From the NCBI GenBank assembly GCA_965205865.1, contig CBDBHR010000030.1:1024001-1088000 (forward strand): a stretch of 64,000 nt of DNA, written 5' to 3'. The translations under genes were made by a program, and so were the position numbers. Positions 60,187 to 64,000 of this stretch are shown in pieces. The stretch's first letter is position 1. Each line of letters opens with the position of its first letter. The notes beneath the pieces were generated by a model. The model was not told the DNA's origin, ran no database searches, and saw only the letters and a list, made by a program, of their open reading frames with translations. Source of the DNA: a bacterium. GTDB lineage: Bacteria > SAR324 > NAC60-12.

Positions 60187-62427
60187 ATGGCACTCTTAAA
60201 ATCTTCCGGCAAAAGCGTCGAAATCACTCATAGTCTTTTGATGGGCGCTTTTCTGATTGGGATGGCGGTTTTTCTGTTTTCAGGAATGTTTCCGTTGCAA
60301 GCCCAAGAACAGAAGGCTTCTGCTGTCAAACCTCCCTGGAAACGGATCATAAGCCTCTACAAACAGCGCGCCTTCAAACACGTGGTCCTTGAATTGACAC
60401 CTGTTGTGACGGCTTCTGTCGTCGATACGGATTATTTGAGACGAGCCTGGTTTCTTTTGGGACAATGCTATATCGAACTGGAAGAACATGACCTGGCCCT
60501 GCAAAGTTTTCAAACAGGACAAAAACTGGATGACGAATATCCGGATTTGTGGACATACCACAAGATGCGCGCGTATTTGCGGAGCAATCAACAAGCAGAA
60601 GCCATTCCCTTGATCAAAAAATTGCTCCAGCCTCCAGTCAATCCGTTCTACCTGAAAAAAATAAAAGCCAACATCAAAAATTACTATCAAACCCCTGAAA
60701 CCGCGCCTTTGATACATCCTATCCTGTCCGACGTCGCCAGGCAAGAATCTCCTTTACTGCACGATCATCATATCATTGATATTTATGCCAGAAGCGCATC
60801 TATCCTGAAAGAGCCTTTTCCACCACGATTTTATGTGACCCAATGGCTTTATCCGGAAGACCTGGCAACGGCAAAGCAATCCGATGCCATCATTGCAAGG
60901 CTCAAAATAAAGAAACAGGCGCAGCTCACCGCAAGGGATTATTTGAAACGTATTCAAAGATTGAGAGAATTGAAACTCTTTGATTATATGATAAAAATTA
61001 TTCCCCAACAGATCGATGACGTTCACGATCCCAAAATCCGCACTCGACTGGCAAACATATACTTGCGGGCCCTGTTCCAGGAAAAACAATACCATACCAT
61101 CCTCAATCTGAGAAAAGAGAGCGTTTTAACGAAAAAATACAATGCCTATCAAACTTCCCAGCTTTTTTGGAGCATGCGCTCCTTTCAGAGGTTGAAGCAT
61201 TTGGAATCCGCCAAACAGACACTCACTCAATTGGAAGAAGTAAACCCCGTATCCACGTGGCTGCCCGAGGCTTATCAAAAAATGGCAGAAACTCATGAAG
61301 TACTCGACGATGAAAAAAGCGCGGATTTTTGGTGGCAAAAACTGGCCGGAAAGTTCCCAAGATCAAAAGAGGCTGAGATCGCTTTTTGGAAACTCGCATG
61401 GTATCGCTACCGGAATCAACACTATCGGGATGCCCTGCATTATATTCATCAGGAATTCGAATATCAGAATCCTTCCCCGGAAGTCTCTGCCAAGTTTCTC
61501 TATTGGCAGGGGAAATTGCAGTACTTTGCGGGGCAAAGTGATCAAGCGGATCAAACGTTTAAAAAATTGCGGCAAGAGTGGCCGAATACGTATTACAATC
61601 TTCGTTTTTTAAACCAGCCTGGTGAATGGACCAGCCAAATCAGGAGCTTGGGGATTTCAGCGCCTCAGCGAAAATTCTGGCACCAGACTCCGGTTCCGCT
61701 AACAGGAAAAATTAAAAAGCTCGTCAAATGGTATGAATTCTTATTCGCAATAGGCCAAAATGAACAGGCCGTCTTCGAAATCCTCCATGATGTTCCCCGG
61801 TACAACAAACGTTCCATTATCTGGAAAGGAAGTGAGCTGCTGTATCGACATGAAAAATTCTATCCTTTGCAAAATTTCGTTACCAACTACTTTCTCTATG
61901 ATTTAAAAAAACTCTCATTGAGAGAACCTTCGTCCGAGGATCAAACGCTGTGGCAATTTGCCTACCCCAGGCCTTATTGGTCTTTTATAGAGGAGCGAAG
62001 TCAAAAGGCAGGGATCGATCCTTACTGGGTGCTGGCCACTATTCGGGAAGAAAGCCTGTATGATCCCCATGCGCTTTCCGTTGCAGACGCCCATGGTCTC
62101 ATGCAACTGATCCATCGAACGGCTTACAAAATGGCCAGGCAGCAAAAGGTGAACCTGACCAACATCAACAATCTCTACGATCCCTATATCAATATCCGAT
62201 TGGGCACTCATTATTTAGGAAATCTGGCACGGGAATTTCACGATCGACTCGTCTATGTCTCAGGAGGATACAATGCGGGAGAACACCGGGTGAGAGAATG
62301 GTTGAAAAAGTATGGGGAACTGCCAATGGATGAGTATGTCGAATCGATTCCTTTTCGGGAAACCCGAAACTATGTCAAACGAGTTTTCAGGTCCTATTAC
62401 CTCTACAAGAAAATCTATCAGGATTAG
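60187..62427 (+). CDS. Soluble lytic murein transglycosylase, Slt70-like (helical repeats + SLT domain)
   Basis: IREES, GLMQL, YNAG, IPFRETRNYVKRV; ATG 60187 avoids overlap with alr. Confidence 0.9.
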   Translation: MALLKSSGKSVEITHSLLMGAFLIGMAVFLFSGMFPLQAQEQKASAVKPPWKRIISLYKQRAFKHVVLELTPVVTASVVDTDYLRRAWFLLGQCYIELEEHDLALQSFQTGQKLDDEYPDLWTYHKMRAYLRSNQQAEAIPLIKKLLQPPVNPFYLKKIKANIKNYYQTPETAPLIHPILSDVARQESPLLHDHHIIDIYARSASILKEPFPPRFYVTQWLYPEDLATAKQSDAIIARLKIKKQAQLTARDYLKRIQRLRELKLFDYMIKIIPQQIDDVHDPKIRTRLANIYLRALFQEKQYHTILNLRKESVLTKKYNAYQTSQLFWSMRSFQRLKHLESAKQTLTQLEEVNPVSTWLPEAYQKMAETHEVLDDEKSADFWWQKLAGKFPRSKEAEIAFWKLAWYRYRNQHYRDALHYIHQEFEYQNPSPEVSAKFLYWQGKLQYFAGQSDQADQTFKKLRQEWPNTYYNLRFLNQPGEWTSQIRSLGISAPQRKFWHQTPVPLTGKIKKLVKWYEFLFAIGQNEQAVFEILHDVPRYNKRSIIWKGSELLYRHEKFYPLQNFVTNYFLYDLKKLSLREPSSEDQTLWQFAYPRPYWSFIEERSQKAGIDPYWVLATIREESLYDPHALSVADAHGLMQLIHRTAYKMARQQKVNLTNINNLYDPYINIRLGTHYLGNLAREFHDRLVYVSGGYNAGEHRVREWLKKYGELPMDEYVESIPFRETRNYVKRVFRSYYLYKKIYQD

Positions 62428-62516
62428 AATCAGTCTCTTCGTTCCACCTGTTTGCTTCTCCCGGAAGGCCGAATCCCCGGGTGAGGTCGCTCAGCTGTCT
62501 CGAGTTTTTTCGATTC

Positions 62517-62789
62517 TCAATATTTTATTTCAAATCCACGATACCCTTGCCAATCACTCTCATTAGTCAAGACTTTGGTAACTCTGGCATGAGGAGGACC
62601 TTGGTGACACCAGGCGACAAAACTCCGCAGGTTTATTTCTTCTCCCTCCGCTTCGATACGGACAGTGCCATCCGCTTGGTTTCTGACGAAGCCTTTGATA
62701 TCTGAATGCCGTGCTTTTTCGATGGCGTGATATCGAAAGGCCACTCCCTGCACCAAGCCATGGACCGTTATATCCACATGCTTCATCAT
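62517..62789 (-). CDS. acyP: Acylphosphatase
   Basis: VHGLVQGVAFR, GFVRN, GPPHARV. Confidence 0.93.
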   Translation of the reverse strand: MMKHVDITVHGLVQGVAFRYHAIEKARHSDIKGFVRNQADGTVRIEAEGEEINLRSFVAWCHQGPPHARVTKVLTNESDWQGYRGFEIKY

Positions 62790-63166
62790 TCCTGATTGTG
62801 CTCTGAACCTTCGGGCGGCTCCAGCGCTTCCGGCCAATCGGTAAAGGGGAAAGGACGTTGATGTTCGTTCATTGTTAAATAGCGGAGCACTTTATAGGCA
62901 TAAGTCGACAGTTTGTTGGTGGCAACGCGGACTGCGCCATTTTCCCGGCGTATGAAAAAGAGGTGGATGAATTGGAACAACACCGTGATCTGTACGATGG
63001 TTTCAACAATCGCAAATATGATTAGAAATAAGAGCGAATAGAGCAAACGAATACCAATCTCTCGCAGAGAAAGTTTTTCAGATGTTCCCGACTCATTGGA
63101 TGGGTGGTCTTGAACAGTTTCTTTTTGATTTTCTTCTTGCCCGTTATTTTCCGTACTTTGCGCCAT
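62786..63166 (-). CDS. DUF4389-like membrane protein
   Basis: RLLYSLLF...FQF...YLTMNEHQRPFPF. Confidence 0.75.
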   Translation of the reverse strand: MAQSTENNGQEENQKETVQDHPSNESGTSEKLSLREIGIRLLYSLLFLIIFAIVETIVQITVLFQFIHLFFIRRENGAVRVATNKLSTYAYKVLRYLTMNEHQRPFPFTDWPEALEPPEGSEHNQE

Positions 63167-63312
63167 AAGATCTCTCCTTGAATTAATGAATGATTACTTT
63201 TGCTACTTTTGTATGCAAATGCAAAACCAACTTGGAATGGTTGGTTTAATTTTTAAGGATACCAGTATTTGCCGATGAAATCATTTTTTCCAGCTCGGGA
63301 AAGGTCTGGAAA

Positions 63313-64000
63313 TCACCATGATAACGATTTTTCGTGCAGCTGCCGGAAGATGTCCACGGCCTTTCGGATATTATTTTCATTTTTTATGGAAAGACGGATA
63401 AAAGATTGGTCCAGACCCGTAAAATTGCTGCAATCCCGAATCAGTATTTTATGGAGGCCGAAATAATCAAAAAGCATTGCGGAAGAATAACGATGAGATT
63501 TGATCAGAACAAAGTTGGCGTGACTGGGATAGGGATGCAGCCAGGAAAACGGAGCAATCTGTTCAATCAATCTTTTTTTTGTATTTTGTATTTGGTCAAT
63601 AAAAGATGGATCTTCAAACCCGATTAATTTTTCTGCCACGATTTGGGCTAGCGAGTTCAAAGACCAGGGAGACAAAAAGCCCCGCAATCTGCTGATCAAC
63701 TCCTCATTCGGCGTATATAACCATCCCATTCTCAAACCGGGCACGGCAAAAATTTTAGAGAAAGAACGCAGGACTACCAGATTGCCTTGCTCCACGCCCA
63801 GCAACGATTGGGTCGTTTCAAAGGAAGTGAAGGGCATGTAGGACTCATCCAACACGAATATCACTTTGGGAAAGCGCTGCAGAAGTGAAAGAATCGCCTG
63901 CCGGTCGATCAAAGTTCCTGTCGGGTTGTTGGGATTGCAAATGAAGACGATTTGAACGTTGGCAACCAGTTCCTCGAATTTTTCGATGTTGAAGTAAAAA
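63313..64000 (-). CDS. Threonine-phosphate decarboxylase (CobD) / HisC-like PLP enzyme, 5' end outside the window
   Basis: ICNPNNPTG, DESY, LRSFSKIFAVPGLRMG, ILIRDCSNFTGL. Confidence 0.85.
   Translation of the reverse strand, partial: FYFNIEKFEELVANVQIVFICNPNNPTGTLIDRQAILSLLQRFPKVIFVLDESYMPFTSFETTQSLLGVEQGNLVVLRSFSKIFAVPGLRMGWLYTPNEELISRLRGFLSPWSLNSLAQIVAEKLIGFEDPSFIDQIQNTKKRLIEQIAPFSWLHPYPSHANFVLIKSHRYSSAMLFDYFGLHKILIRDCSNFTGLDQSFIRLSIKNENNIRKAVDIFRQLHEKSLSW

Noticed and set aside
1-64000. tRNA/rRNA genes or an island integrase with att sites
   Set aside because: None recognised by eye; a tRNAscan/Infernal run would be needed to exclude them

Overview
Bacterial chromosomal window. Housekeeping genes tentatively suggest a SAR324/deltaproteobacterial-type organism (inference only). 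Left end: a peptide/nickel ABC transporter locus (dppA-B-C-like, minus strand) with stacked promoters, then ispG and a PLP aminotransferase. About 8.3-44.7 kb is a mosaic, partly decayed defence-type island. It holds a type II R-M pair, a ParA + AlbA_2 pair, a diverged second dppBA copy, five TIR/SEFIR genes, a three-gene ubiquitin-like operon (Ubl ending in Ala, Cys-free E2-like protein, JAB-E1 fusion), DUF2971, FRG-TPR and TIR-TPR proteins sharing a C-terminal cap, two 2TM-pentapeptide proteins, Fic, and a PLD-SNF2 helicase + type IIG R-M pair, plus IS/MITE debris and many paralogous gene scraps. Palindromic REP-like repeats have expanded in frame inside two neighbouring genes. The right end is core genome (rpsU, HD protein, ispE, transglycosylases, rplM-rpsI, alr, acyP) and includes a UGA-containing Rdx-family selenoprotein gene missed by the ORF track. 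Clustered small indels may be assembly errors. All family calls come from motif recognition, not database searches.
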